The notes: generated from the sequence alone by a model not told the origin. Positions 13,001 through 26,306 are shown, counted from the first letter of the whole stretch. The stretch: 61,066 nt of DNA, filler included, from Sphacelaria rigidula (GCA_964200075.2; 9 parts of 9 records of this genome joined end to end with filler, not necessarily neighbours in it); one strand, 5' to 3'. A program made the numbers and translations.

Positions 13001-13494
13001 CTCGCCTCTGCGACTCTACCCCAGGTCCACACCGTGGATCCTGTCCAGTCAAATTCCGATCCTCCTCCTGAAGTGCTTCAACGCTTATCACCAGATTCTC
13101 GGAATAGCTTCTTGCACATGTGGGACCAACTGCCGCCACACATGCGCGACATCAATTTTGACCTTCATGGACCCGGCTGGGAACCGGCAGCCATCCAAGA
13201 ACTCAGTGATGTCCTGCTACAGTACCAAGACCGATTTCCCGATCCAAGACGGATCTTGGGCATTGTAAAGCATTGCCCTTTGAAGTTACCCTCCAACCCG
13301 GTGTCTCGCCGATTTCTTCTCGGCCATACCGTACCAACCCGATCCTTACCAAGAAAGTCAACGCCACCTTGGATGCGTATTTGGGAGCGGGACTAATCCA
13401 ACATTCCTCCTCTCCTTGGGCCTCGCCACTTGTGGTCGTCCTCAAAAAGGATGGAAACATACGCATAACCGTGAATTATCAACGGTTGAACCGC
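7099..13494 (+). mobile_element. Ty3/Gypsy LTR retrotransposon internal region (long gag-like ORF, aspartic protease, start of RT), decayed and cut by contig end
   Basis: CCHC knuckle CINCGVQGHSMRDC (ORF 9929-11089); protease LLDSGS...ILLGRD (ORF 11695-12519); RT N-terminus SRPYR...SSSPWASPLVVVLKKDGNIRITVNYQRLN (13273-13494); PR directly followed by RT is Gypsy order; several stops and frameshifts. Confidence 0.92.
9000..9252. mobile_element. 253-bp MITE with GAG...CTC termini and 4-bp TSD (AACA), Sola-like, inserted in Gypsy gag
   Basis: TIRs GAGTCACCCTACGATAGGGGGGG / rc GAGTCATCCTACGATAGGGGGGG; AACA at 8996-8999 and 9253-9256; insertion absent at homologous site (~27915) of the second Gypsy copy. 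Confidence 0.9.
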
Positions 13495-16052
13495 NNNNNN
13501 NNNNNNNNNNNNNNNNNNNNNNNNNNNNNNNNNNNNNNTTAATTAATTAANNNNNNNNNNNNNNNNNNNNNNNNNNNNNNNNNNNNNNNNNNNNCCCTAG
13601 CTCGACTCTGTACACGAGTCACCCTACCCATCCGGGCGTCGGTCCTCAGAAATACTCGTGTTGTACCGCACGTGTATCCTGTATGTACCAGGATCTCGCA
13701 GGGCATCATGATGTGGCCGGAACAACCGACCAGCAGCTACTCTAAATAGAACAGTTGCTACCAAAGAAGGGCCCCCTCCCCTAGACATTTCTTCCATCCA
13801 AGTGGGTGTACGGGATATCTCGCCCTTACGCCAACACAGGCATCGTCGCGCTGCTATGCAGATACTGCACCATACAGCAGTAGTAGTAGTAGTCGGAAGA
13901 TGACGTATAACACCCCCCTTTCCACCCTCGTCGACAGAAACTTTCAGCCTCGATTTTCCCGGATACGTTTTCGGTACCATAAGTCAAGTATGTTTAACAG
14001 AAAGCGACGTATGCATCGCTGGGAATGAGTCATCTCTAGTACTATATGTACGCAGGCTCTACTTGCAGTACAAGTAGGGAGTATAGAGTATGGAGACCCA
14101 CCTACAGAGATCAAGCTCAAACAACTTGAACAACTTCTCGAACGAGGTGGAACGCGCGAGCGCGCGCGGTGGGGTATGGGGGGGATGATTTCCCGCTGCC
14201 TACGCAAAGGTATACCTGTAACACATTCTCAACACACCCAGCTCGTGCACTAACTAATTATACATCAACAGACAGTGCGTATAATCACACGAAGACCACA
14301 CACCACAGTAGACACAAAAAAACCACACGTCCCCCAGCAGTCATCACACACACTGCCCGCGCCGATCACCCTTACCGATGCCCTTACCACCGCGACTCGT
14401 GTCTATGGTCACCGCCGCCGCCATCGCCACCGCCGCCGCCTCCCGCGGACGTCCAAATGCAAATTGCGTTCGAGATCCGGCGACAGCATCCTGCAAAACA
14501 ATGCGCTACGCTCGCGCCGGCACTGCCACAAAAGAATCTGCTTCGAGAGTAGCCGCAACGAGGGCGATTGCCGTTACTAGTACTTGCGTCGCTGATGCGC
14601 GAGATATTCTGTGGTTGCAAGTGCGAGCGTACCGCATGTATTTTTGCCGCCAAACTGAGAGAGAGAATCCGTCTTGGTGAGAGGGGAATATTCATTCAAG
14701 CCCTGGGTAGAAATGTCGGCGAATAATAGTACATGAAGAACAAGAGGATGGAAAAGTGGACTTTCGAATACAGATCACACTGGCGTAATGAAACGTTTAC
14801 CCTAGTTTCAGACCCGCGGTTGAATTAAAACCAACGACTCACCGTACATAAGATTCACCACCTTTCTGGGTGAAGATGTTCACGTCCGAAACACTGAGTG
14901 CAAAAGAAGCTCTCTACTTCACAAAGATGAATGAACTAATCACGGGTGCCAGCAGGAACCATGGTCATAGAAAGGTACAAGAGTAATGACGAACACAACA
15001 ATAGAAGATAGTTTCGAAATACAGAAAAATAGAGTGGTATGAATCGCCACGTGTGTGAGCCCGGCTGATGCATCCACACATACCGAAAGGCGTAGTCTAG
15101 CGCCTAGAACAAATAGGATAACAAACGCGCGCACGCACACACGCAAGAACCGCTTCGAGAATATGTCACGTGTGTGGAATGAAAATCGCCAGACACGATA
15201 CGCCAAGCACTAGGTACCACACATGCGAGATGGGCCGTCGTTCGCATAAGAATTTGGATTGTGACAATTTACGCGTAGCATTTGATACTGTAAGGATCCT
15301 GAGTAGCCGTTATTCACAATTGTTGGTTATGCCGCGTCTCTCGACCCTTTGGATACACATGGTGCTGACAGTTGAGCGAGGTACAGATCGGTGAGAGAGG
15401 TCTCGATCGTTGGGAAATTTGGCATTGGGAATATGGCCGTCCGCGTGGAGGCCGAGATGACGTGGAATGGATGCAGTGCAGCCAGTGTGAAGATCTGAGA
15501 TCCACGCGTCGGTCACTAAAATCACAAGAGGCATCAACATTCTCGTTGAGCCCACCTAAAGATATGACATAACTCGTACGGTAATCATGTCATCATATCC
15601 TTTAATGCGGCGTAATGAGCAATACGAAACGTAATTTAGTACAAAAAGCAACCCGAGCAGAAGAAAAAAAAGCATAGTCCCACTTACTCCACTGTTGACT
15701 GCGAGCAGCACAGAGCTTTCCAGCTTGAGCAGCAAAGGCAACAATACAATACTGATCCCGGAACCACCAGGCAGTGTTGTTCAATACATTACGGCACATC
15801 TCGCAGGCGAGCTCAGGCCGACCTGTCCGGGTTCATATCTTGTCGCTCGGCCGAACGTCCACGGTTAGCACCCACACGTCCATCGACCGACTTCGTTCAA
15901 GAAGACTACAAGGTAGCACAGCCTCCTCGACCGGCGGCCCATAGGAAACTACTGTAAACTAACAACAGCACGCCGGGCAGCAGCAGCTCGGCATTGACAT
16001 GCACACAGAACTACGTCATCACTAACATCAACACCAGCGTAGTACGTACGGA

Positions 16053-16379
16053 ATGATGTCCATGCTGCGACTTGTCCTGGAGCTTGCGCTGCTCCTGGTC
16101 ATCAGCGCATCTTTTCCCCCCAAGGGCGACGCATTTGTCGCCCCATCCCATGCCAAGTCGCCGTTCACGTCATCATCCCACCCCAGGCAAGGCGCATGGA
16201 CAAGGCCCTACGTGTCACCAACGGCAACCCACGCGAACCGCGGGCCGATCGGATATCCGATCGCAGAAGTGGCACGTCCTATCTTTGATGCCGACACTCC
16301 TGGCGCAGAGGTGGTGGTGACGAGTCGTAGGAGCAGAACGCTTCTCTTTGATTCGTTCGGAGAAGCGGAGCCAGATTTG
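16053..16379 (+). CDS. Exon 1 of a predicted plastid-targeted protein of unknown function
   Basis: Hydrophobic signal peptide then GDA-FVAP (ASAFAP-like) and Ser/Arg-rich transit-like peptide; gtgaga donor, phase 0. Confidence 0.7.
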
Positions 16380-17891
16380 GTGAGACTTTGCTCTTCTTAC
16401 GAAGTTAAATAACGGTGGTTAAAGGGTTTGTTGTGAGGGTACAAGCAAAAGATGCCGTTCAGACTATTCAGAAGCGAATTTTCGGACAACAACATAGAGC
16501 GGTGGGGGGCATGCCCGTGCCTGTGTTACCATGCATTTGAGACCCAGTAAAGTGCTCGGTTGCGCTTTTCAGCCTTATTCATTGCACATCGTCTGCAGAC
16601 AGAACGGCACCAGACAGAGTAGAACTCTTGAGACGTAGTCAAACATAGAAAAGCTGCAGCGTTTCCTCTTGTTCGCGAGTCGAGATGAATCTCATGGTCG
16701 GCGACGATCTCATTGTACTAGGCGCGCCTGGTTTCATGGAGAGCAACGCGGGACGATAAGCGCTGCTGCTGCCGGCACCATGCGGATAAGAAATCATAGG
16801 ATTGACGTTTCGAATACCTCATCATAAAGTAAAACTCACAAGGTCCGAGATAGCATGGCGTTGCATCCGAAAATACGGGGCATGCATTCTTCGTTGGCAC
16901 ACAGCTGATGCGCTCGTGAACGACACAGCACTGTGGGGAGTAAATGCTGTGAAAACGATAATCGTGCAAGGGAAATGACCCCCGAGACGTCGATTGTATG
17001 CAGTGAAAAACTGACAAACAGGCCCCAAGCAGTGCAAAAATCCCAAGCAACACCGTAAAGAAAATGCCGTACTTCTGGCAGCAGCACACGATTCGTCTCC
17101 AACAGACACGATGAACGCTGGTGTTTCAGTATGTTAATGGCCAGGTGATATATGTGCTGAATGCGCTTGTTGCTTCCAACAATGCGACTCAGTCGATCGC
17201 TTTTGCACACGCTCACTCTGCTCTGCCTGTGTTTCTACTGCAACCTGTAATAGACTGTTGCAAGGAGAATCAGACGCTATACGGAGGGGTGCATGATACT
17301 GGGTTACGGTTGTGCTGGTCCATCTCTGTTCTTCCTCCTTTATTTGTTTCATCGTCCTTGTACTTCTCGGTCTTCCTTCAGCGGGTATTTCTATTCACTC
17401 ACCTTGGGAAATCTTCGTACTTCAACTGGCTCTCCAGAGATTTAGCCGTGGTCGCATGATAGACGTACCAAAGAAAAGCAAAACTGAAACACTCTCTCAA
17501 GAAAAGAAGGAACAGAAAAAAAGTCGAACAGAATGACATAGCCTAAGACGTGAAACAAAAAAAATGAGAGCAAGCCTGGATTCGTAGCTGATTAGCTAAC
17601 AATGCCATACGGTGGTCAACTGATGTCAGGAGGTGAAACAATAAATGTTCCCATCAATTTTGATCGTGAGCCTCAAGCAAAATCATACACGCTCGCTCCC
17701 ATCCCCTCCCCCCCCCCCTGAGTAGTATCCATTCGATTGCCTCACGACTGCGGCATGCAGAATCATAAGTACACTCCCCCCCCATGAACAAGGTAAGGGG
17801 TAAGCACGAAAGTACCAGTGTCATAAACCAGGATTCGAATCGAATCACCCATCGGCCGTCTTCATGTGCTTCGTATGCTGTGAGTATGCAG

Positions 17892-18018
17892 CTCCTCCCT
17901 TCAACCGCGGCGGCTGACGCGGACAAAAACTCTGACACAAGCCAGTCAGCACCATCGGCCGCGACGTGGGACGTGAACGCTGCACCGACGGTAGGCATCG
18001 CCGGTGAGAACAAGTGCG
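17892..18018 (+). CDS. Probable exon 2 of same gene
   Basis: tgcag acceptor, LLPSTAAADADKNSDTSQSAPSAATWDVNAAPTVGIAGENKC, gtaggt donor; phase 0 in, phase 1 out fits flanking exons. Confidence 0.55.
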
Positions 18019-19403
18019 GTAGGTACCGTATTGCTGGAATGCCTTTTGAGGGCGTAACGAGATGCGTTCGTCTTAATTACACACGACCATCTCACTAAAC
18101 AACGGTACTACCGACATCGACATATATATGTATCAATGTTGGCGACATGAACCTCCGCAAAAAGACATTCTCAACAAACGCACAATCGTCGGAGGTCCGC
18201 TAGCAGCTATGTACGTGATTGGTTGATTGGTTGAGGGATTAACGATACATTGCTTCACGTGGAACGATGTATTTGTAGAGATCATATCAAAGATCGAGGA
18301 ACATACATCCTAGTTTTCTGCAGATCTGACCTGAGCGATGAACCATGCAGCCAACGCACCCTGAAACGAGGGCTGATACCTTTATTCGTGGAAACGATGT
18401 ATGCTGTGTGTATTTTACAGTCGAAGAGCATACGGCCAAGGTATAAAACTCTGTCGGAAGTTTAAGCTACGTAGAACAGGGGCAATATCGCTAACCGGAA
18501 AAGTTTGAAGATACTGTTGTTGTAACTTCGTCAGATACCATCGGATCGACGAACTGGACATGCCTTGTTGTTTCCACGAGGGAGGGCTTCAACCACCGTG
18601 TGGGATGCATTGACGGCATAGTCCGTCTTCCAGAACAACTGCAGAAACTAGAGCATGATGTTCGCCGTGAAAGTAAGGCCACGGGCTGATTGCTTCGCAT
18701 AGAGTGCTGATGAATGATGTGATCTACCACAAATGTAGTCGTGATCGCAAGGTAAGCGTTCCGGGATTTGTGGAAAATTAAGACATTTGCTGAAGTTGAG
18801 CTCGACTGAAAGAATCGAGAGAAGGATATAGTGGAATTGGCGAAAAAGGGAACAAAGAACTCGTCGAAGTGAGACTCCCGTGTGCATTTTTCGGAATACA
18901 GTTTCACGATAGACAGTACAAGATCTCCGGACTGGGCATAGGGCCGACCGAATAGTCGCGGAAGACGATCGCGAGTACGCTATCTATTGAACTCTCTTGG
19001 TAAAACAACTGAAAATAAAATGGTGGATATCGTGGAGGGTCCCACGGACCCTTTTCGTTCCCTTTATACTTTGGTGTTCCCGGGAATCAGCTATCCACCA
19101 TGAAGGACGCGCAATCATTGCCGAGGTTCCATAATATACAGCTTCCATGACTTCACACGTTTTTGTCGGTTAGAACAGCGCTACACATGAGTACGTACAC
19201 CAATTCAGCGTGTTTGTCTCCATCTATATATTCGTATTTTTATGTAACTGCCAGGCCACTCCTGTACAAAAAGTGTACGATGATGTCCGAAACGCTATGG
19301 CAAGATCAGACGAGACCTGCTGACAAAATATAACATCACTGACGAACTCCGCACATCCTTGCCCCCCCCCCCCCCGCCGCCGCCACTCTTCTTGTGCGCA
19401 AAG

Positions 19404-19831
19404 CACCAGATCTATCCCACACGACCGACAGCCCCCAGTCATCGGCGGAACGAATGGCGGCGGCCTATCGCTTGCACAACGGGGCGTCAACAGCCGACCC
19501 CGTGGGCAACGCTGATTCCACGTCTCCGAACACGGCCCGTGGTACCGCCATCATCGGCGACACTATCGCCGCCGATACCACCACGCACACCGCCTCGACA
19601 GCCACCCACGAGGCAACCACCACCATAATTACCACTACCACGGCGGCGACGGTGGCTGCAGGTGTAATGACCTCAACAACGTCAGTCACCACCGTCGTCA
19701 CTACGACCACGACGGTACCGGTGACTGAAACCGTCGCTTCATCTGCCACTACAGTAGAGTCGAACATGGCGAACGAAAACCGCCGAATGTCCCCGGAGAA
19801 GCAGAGTGCCGCTGCGGGGAACGATGCGCAG
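19404..19831 (+). CDS. Probable exon 3 (Thr/Ala/Val-rich low-complexity); gene continues beyond contig
   Basis: Poly-C tract plus aag acceptor, phase 1 start, open frame of ORF 19394-19882, cag|gtgatt donor. Confidence 0.6.
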
Positions 19832-20995
19832 GTGATTAGGGGGGTTGTTTTGTGTTACGTTATAAGAGCGTACGACCAATAACGTGTAGTTGTGAGTGGC
19901 GGGTGAGTGGTGATCAATGTTTTGTTCGTCTTGCCTCCCTTTTCCGTGGCGATGAGGAATGAGCCTTTCTGCTGATGACTTCGGTGCGTTTGCAATCTTT
20001 GGTGCTAGAGATGGATCGGGATTCTGCTCTTTCTCAGGATATAGATTCACAGGGAAATGTTCGGCGGCAACTATTGCAGGGATTTTTTTTGTGTCGGTAT
20101 CAGATGTGGTTCGACAAGTTTTCATTTCTCACCTATTTCTCGTGTTTTGGTGTGAGCCCTCTGTGTCCTTTTGTTTCCTTCTACTGTTTCTTAGCGGTAC
20201 TGATACTGGGTCTATCTTGGAGCAATGCTACGGTAGGGGTGCACTTTTTTCGCGAAATTTTGTCTGATTCAGGGACTCCTAACGCTTCTANNNNNNNNNN
20301 NNNNNNNNNNNNNNNNNNNNNNNNNNNNNNNNNNTTAATTAATTAANNNNNNNNNNNNNNNNNNNNNNNNNNNNNNNNNNNNNNNNNNNNTAGGCCAGGG
20401 AAAGCACGACTTTTGAGTTGAACCTCATTTTTTTTTCAACCCCATTTTTCGAAAATCGGCTGTTATTTGTTAATAACTACCAGTAGGTGGAGGAATGGAA
20501 GCATATTTCGAAGATTTGATGTGGATACGAAGGTTTTAATCCTCCGGCTCTCATCCTCAATGAAAAGCTCCATCCTCAATTTCGATGACAGGCTGTTACT
20601 ACTACTACTACTACTACTACTGCTACTACCACCACCACTACTACCGCTCCATGTTTCTCACGATCTTCTTCCGCGAATTTCCTCGTCCTCTCACTTCCTT
20701 TTTTTCTTTTACGTTTGATTGTTTCATTCTGTTTCACTCGGTCTTGGCGACCTTAGGCTATCGTGCACGGACATTTACCCGTCGTAGCATGGGCCCGTGA
20801 CAACGGATGCCCTTGGAATCGTCGAGCGCGCTCTATTGCCAAGCGGCATCGGCAGTGGCACATTCTTCAGTGGGCCCAGGAAAACGGGTTCTAAATGAGA
20901 CCAAACACATGTTCTGAACGGAGTTGAATCGGTTCTGGAATATCAGGACCGATTCCATACAAGGAGCAGAAGCGGCTCTCTCGGTTCGTCGGAGG

Positions 20996-21100
20996 ACCAG
21001 TTTTCGAACATTGTAACCAGTTTTCGAACATCGGAACCAGTTTTCGAACATCGGAACCAGTTTTCGAACATTGGAACCAGTTTTCGAATATGAGAACCTG
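20996..21100 (+). repeat. 20-bp minisatellite (ccagttttcgaacatcggaa), about 5 copies
   Basis: Directly visible tandem units. Confidence 0.9.
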
Positions 21101-21958
21101 TTCTATAAGGGGTGTAGTCGACTCTCTTGACACAGACGGATAGAACCGGTTATCGAAGGAGTGGTGCCGTCTGTCGGATTATCGTGTACAGTCGGTTCGA
21201 TCGATGGCGTCAGTTTCTCTTTTTACACCCCCGCGGGTGCTGCAAGTAGAAGGTCTCTAGAATTATTTCCGGTGTGCTCCAAGAGTTTTTATCTTGAAAT
21301 TGGCGGGGTCGAAGAATGTTTGAGGGCGTTGGGCGTCGATCAAGGACAATCCGAGCGGCGGCTACACTCGCGGTGTCTTCTGCAACACATTTTGGGGAGG
21401 CTTGGCCAGGACGTAAACCCTGTGATGAAAAAGTACGGCTACTCACGCATTGGAGAAGCATAGTCGGTGCACGGAAAGAAAGTCCGTGATGGGAGTCGTC
21501 GCCGAAGGGTGTGTATGGAAGGTTTGCAGTTTTGTAGCGGTGCATGAAATATCGGGACGTACTCAAGGAAGAGGTGTTTCACTCTCTTTTTTCTCTCAGC
21601 GGAAGGGGGGGGGTGTACTCATGATCTTGCATGCTGTACTGGTGAGACCGTTGACCTCTCACCCCTACAAAGCCGGGACGGGGCATGCCGGACTTTTGCC
21701 GGAACAGGCTCGCAGCCATAAATGGGGGGGTGCGGGGGCGCAATGGGTCCGCGAGGACACGGCTAACTTACACACTACAGCTAAGCAAACGAATCGGGTC
21801 GATGGTCTGTGAAGTAACTTCGGTTCAAGAGTACGTATGACGGGTACCAGTTGTAACAGAGTATTATGCACAATTTCAACCTCAGTTTGTTTCTGTAGAA
21901 AATCTCGTCTCCAGTTTTCAGGACCCTGTTACATGTTTTTAGTATACAGCCCGTATGG

Positions 21959-21960
<2 letters not shown>

Positions 21961-22036
<76 letters not shown>

Positions 22037-22064
22037 TATTATTATTATTATTATTATTGTTATT
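21961..22064. repeat. (TTA)n microsatellite
   Basis: More than 30 near-perfect units. Confidence 0.97.
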
Positions 22065-22577
22065 TAGATCGACGATTTCTTTCTGTGCTTCGCTTTTGTT
22101 GGCTTCTTTTCTCACGTCTTAGTCTACTATGCCGTTCTGTTCGACTTCTTCTGTTCCTTCTTTTTCGTCAGCGAACGTTTCAGTTTTGTTTTTCTTGGGT
22201 ACGTCTACCATGTGACCACGGCTGGATCATGACTACCTGGGGGGTCAGTTGAAGTGCGACAGTTAATCAATTCAATCGATCAATGTAACACTATGCTCGA
22301 TGGAGTTCTCGAACTGTGAACCCCCTGGCAGGGATTATCCTCACGTCCAAAGGTATTTCACCAAATGTATCTGTGTGGACGGAAGGGCAAACGCGCGCAA
22401 TATTCTTGTTCTGGTGAGGAATTCGTCCACTTCGTAAATCTATACACATGTACAAAATCGCCTGGGATGGGTTGAAGGAGGGGCTGAGGAATGCACCGCG
22501 TACGTGTAGTTATTAGTTTTGTGTTATTATTTTTCTCTCAGTCCCCATCACCCTTTTCTGGGCTGGCAGCAATGCTA

Positions 22578-22811
22578 CGGTAGGGGTGCACTTTTTGCGC
22601 AAAATCTTGTCTGGTTCAGGGGCTCCTGATGGTTCTAGATGTACAAGAATATCGGTCAGGACATCCCCGTTTGCAAAGTTATTCGGGATATCCCCAGCAC
22701 ATTGGAGTAGAAATCCTGGCGTACTCCCACATATTTCAGAAGTCGTGTTTTGGACGAGATACAGGGCTCCCAACACTTCTAAAGCCAGAAAATATTTGTG
22801 CACCCCTACCG
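22578..22811. mobile_element. Tc1/mariner/pogo-like MITE with TA TSD; second truncated copy at 20231-20290
   Basis: TA-CGGTAGGGGTGCAC ... GTGCACCCCTACCG-TA perfect 14-bp TIR. Confidence 0.82.
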
Positions 22812-23850
22812 TATTATCACTCGTGGGCTACCGCAGCATTTTATTTTTCGGGATTTTTTAAATTTTTTTTTAGAGAAGTTTAGAATGAGAACGATCCGCA
22901 TGGAAAGAAGAATGACGTTTCATCCCACACTACCTACCACAACCACGATGGAGTCTCCCTTGCACTCACCCCACGTGAACGAGGCGGTAAAGTATCGTTT
23001 GGCCGCCGTGACACCATTGTGGTGGAGATGCTAGCCACTCATTCCGCCTGGCAACCAACTCGAGGGGTGAGGAAGGGCGCTCAAGGTCCGCCCACCGAGC
23101 GCTACGGTGTTGGTCCGGACTAGTACCCGGCGCGGTAGAGGGCGGGGACGTCGGGAAGGGAAAACGTTTTCGAGAGATTGACAGTAGAGCGCGGATCGAG
23201 AGTGGCGTTGGTCATTCGCTTCAACTCGGCCATTTTTTTATTCCGTGTGTGCTTTCCTCTGCGTCTATCACTGCTGTGTGTGTGCTTACAGCTACACGTC
23301 GATATCCTACTCAGGGATATCAAAGGCCTCAGTGGCAAGCGATCACAGGACGCATATCGAGCCTCGTGGAGAGGAATTTCGGAACTGAAACGATCCATTC
23401 ACGATTTGGCCGCTTTTCACTCTCAATCGTACCCTCTACTCTCAATCTCACGAAAATAACGTGAAGAGTGGTTAACTACGATAATGAGGGCTTCACTGAG
23501 GAGGAGGAGTGTAGCTACCTAGCATCAGGTTCCAGTGACGGCGAGGACGACTAACTTCTTTTTTCCAGGGCTATGAACTGGCGCCTCTGGTCAGTTGATC
23601 CGAAAATTGCTCAGCAAGCGGCGAGTCAATCGATGTTTTCCCAGTTAATCCGCCTCGCCAATCAACTGGGAAGACATCGACGGCGAGCGGAGGAGCCACG
23701 AGTCCCAACGAGCCCCCCCGGCTGGTGAGGGGGCCCGGCGGGAGGGCCGCCGGAGGCAAAAAAAAATGCCATGTTTCTTTTTCCTCCGAAAGTCGTGGAT
23801 AATGGTGAAAAATTAGAACTCTCCCGTCGAGGGGCCAATTATTTGGTTTA

Positions 23851-24087
23851 GATGACATTATAAGTCTATCCAACGTGGTGAGCGATCCGAGACTCTTTAT
23901 GAGGAACGGAGGATGGAAATAAGCGAGCCAAGTGGACCTTTAGCACTTGGATCGACAGGTCCCGACCGATGACATTATAAGTCTATCCAACGTGGTGAGC
24001 GATCCGAGACTCTTTATGAGGAACGGAGGATGGAAATAAGCGAGCCAAGTGGACCTTTAGCACTTGGATCGACAGGTCCCGACCGAT
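23851..24087 (+). repeat. Perfect 117-bp tandem duplication
   Basis: gatgacattataagtctatcc...ggtcccgacc repeated at 23851 and 23968. Confidence 0.93.
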
Positions 24088-24539
24088 TCATTTGAATTTA
24101 GGCTGACTTGCGGGATAATGTTGCCCCTCTTTTGTTTTGACTGATTCAATACATTCATGACGCCAAGAACCTCAAATATACCGCATGGTACGTAAGACTA
24201 CATGGGAAATATCTCCGATGCATTGGTGAGTAGGTGTCATGTGGAGGTTGGGCCCATGGTTTTTCCAGGGATGGATGGGGAAGAAGCCGTGCCCGGGGGT
24301 GGCATACACCGTCTTGTCCTGTCGCAAACGAACGGTGGTGCTCCTGACTAAGGGTACACGGTTCAGACGAATCAGAGTTCATACGGGTTGACTCCCCATG
24401 AATGTAGAATGCGAATTATTGTACCAAAGAGTCATCTCGTATAAATCACGGATGATAAAGTTGTATGTTCAAGGTTATACCACACGAAGCACGAACTGGG
24501 AATGTGTACACTCCACGTAGTATCAGACGAATCCAGAGT

Positions 24540-24960
24540 GCTACATATGTACGAATCACGATTCCTGTATAGATCATGGATGGGAAACACGTACGTATGA
24601 TTCATCTCCCATGAATGGGAGGTAGGGAACATGTACGTATGATTCATGCTGCATGAACGGAGATTGGGAGACATGTACGCTTGATTCAACTTGTGTGGAT
24701 GGAAGGCAGAGAACATGCATGTATGATTCATGCCGCATGAACGGAAATGGGGAAACATGTACGCTTGACTCACCTCGTTTGAATGGAAGGTGCAGAACGC
24801 ATGCCCTTGATTCATGCTGCATGGATAAAAGGGGAGATACAGGTACGCTTAATTCACCTCGTATAAATGGAAGGTGGGAATCATGTATCTATTATCCATC
24901 CTCACGAACGCGGGGTGGATAACATGTCCATGAATCACGTGATTCATGCTGTGTGAACCA
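24540..24960 (+). repeat. Degenerate ~40-41-bp minisatellite array 1 (core acatgtacgtatgattca)
   Basis: About 10 diverged units. Confidence 0.85.
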
Positions 24961-25409
24961 TACGAAAATAAGCAGCTAGAAGAATCACTCTAGGCGTGCA
25001 GATGCGAGCTGTGCCATGCTGTACCCTACTACACGCGCACTGCAGAGTACGCTGCGGCAGTTTCCCCGGAAACTCCCGCGAGCATGCGAGGACAACTCAT
25101 GCTGGTGCTGTGTTTTCCGCAAGTCTTCGTGGTATTGTATACGGTATGTATGCTCAGGTCAACTGGACCACAGAATACAACGTGAAGCCACAAAGGATGT
25201 CAATAGCATAGCTCGGGGGGGAAATTGGCCAGAAAAAAACACTCTGGGCACGCGAGCGTGTGTGTTGTACTATAGTTGATGTGTTACGTATGAATACAAA
25301 ACTGAGATTGGGTTATTGCGGATGGATTTGCTCTTGAGGGGTTTGCGACCTGTACGCGTTTGTTTGCCTGCCCCACCTGTATAACGGCGGCGCCTCCGAA
25401 GAGTCGCGC

Positions 25410-25830
25410 CCCATGAAATGATAGGTGGGGAAGTGCATGTTCACATTATTTATACCACATGAACAGAAGGCGGAGAACATGTACGCATGATTCGCGCTGC
25501 ATAACTGAAAAGTGGAAAATTATTACACTTGATCCATCTCGTATGAATGGAAGGCAGGGAACATGTACGTATGATTCATGCCGCATGGATGGAAATTGGG
25601 ATACATGTACGCTCGATTAACGTTGTATGAATAGCCGATGGAGAACATGTACGTATGATCCACGCTGCATGAACGGAAATAATGAATGATGTACGTTTGA
25701 TTCAGCTCGTATGAATGGAACGTAGGGAACGTGTGCCTATTATTCATGCTGAATGAACGTAAATTGGGAAACATGTACTACCTATGATTCACGCTATACG
25801 AATGGAAGATAGGAAACGTGCACCTTTGAC
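25410..25830 (+). repeat. Degenerate ~40-41-bp minisatellite array 2, same family and orientation
   Basis: About 10 diverged units of tgaatggaagg..gggaacatgtacgtatgattca. Confidence 0.85.
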
Positions 25831-26306
25831 GGTGTACCGCACGAATCACAAGCTGGGACTATGTACGCTCAAAGTGGTGCCATACGAATCACGAACCCAA
25901 AATAGATGCAACTCAAAACTTGTGTACGAATCGTATGATTGATTCGTCCAAATGTTGAATATATGAGTCGAATCAATTTTATTCGTCGGAACCGTGTAAG
26001 GGCAGGTGTCGATGTTCGATACCTCTAACGCGTTCAGAAACATCATCATGTAGTCCCCACCTGCAGCTACCAACAAATCGGGGGAAAAAACAAACTCCCA
26101 GCAGGGTGGGGGTGTTTGCGGGGGAGATACTCACGTCATCTGTACGTTGCAGTGACCACTCGCGTGTTCAGGGGCATCGCCATTCGTATTCAACAGGCCC
26201 TGACAGCAGATGATAATCCCAGCGTGTCGTTATGGAGAGGATGGCACAATGTCTTCCCCGGGTCGTCCGTGGTTCCGTGAAGAAAACAGAGACTGTGCTG
26301 AGTTAA

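Noticed and set aside
15372..15572. EWMQCSQCEDLR resembles a CW-type zinc finger start
   Set aside because: Second Trp and downstream Cys pair missing; no supportable exon structure
20996..21100. 20-bp repeats as CRISPR or iterons
   Set aside because: Head-to-tail units with no spacers
24540..25830. Regularly spaced conserved core with variable intervals, superficially CRISPR-like
   Set aside because: Intervals are homologous to each other, repeats are degenerate, context is eukaryotic and no cas genes are present; it is a minisatellite
25978..26200. Possible two small minus-strand exons (GLLNTNGDAPEHASGHCNVQMT / WGLHDDVSERVRG)
   Set aside because: Splice sites plausible but no recognisable homology or further exons
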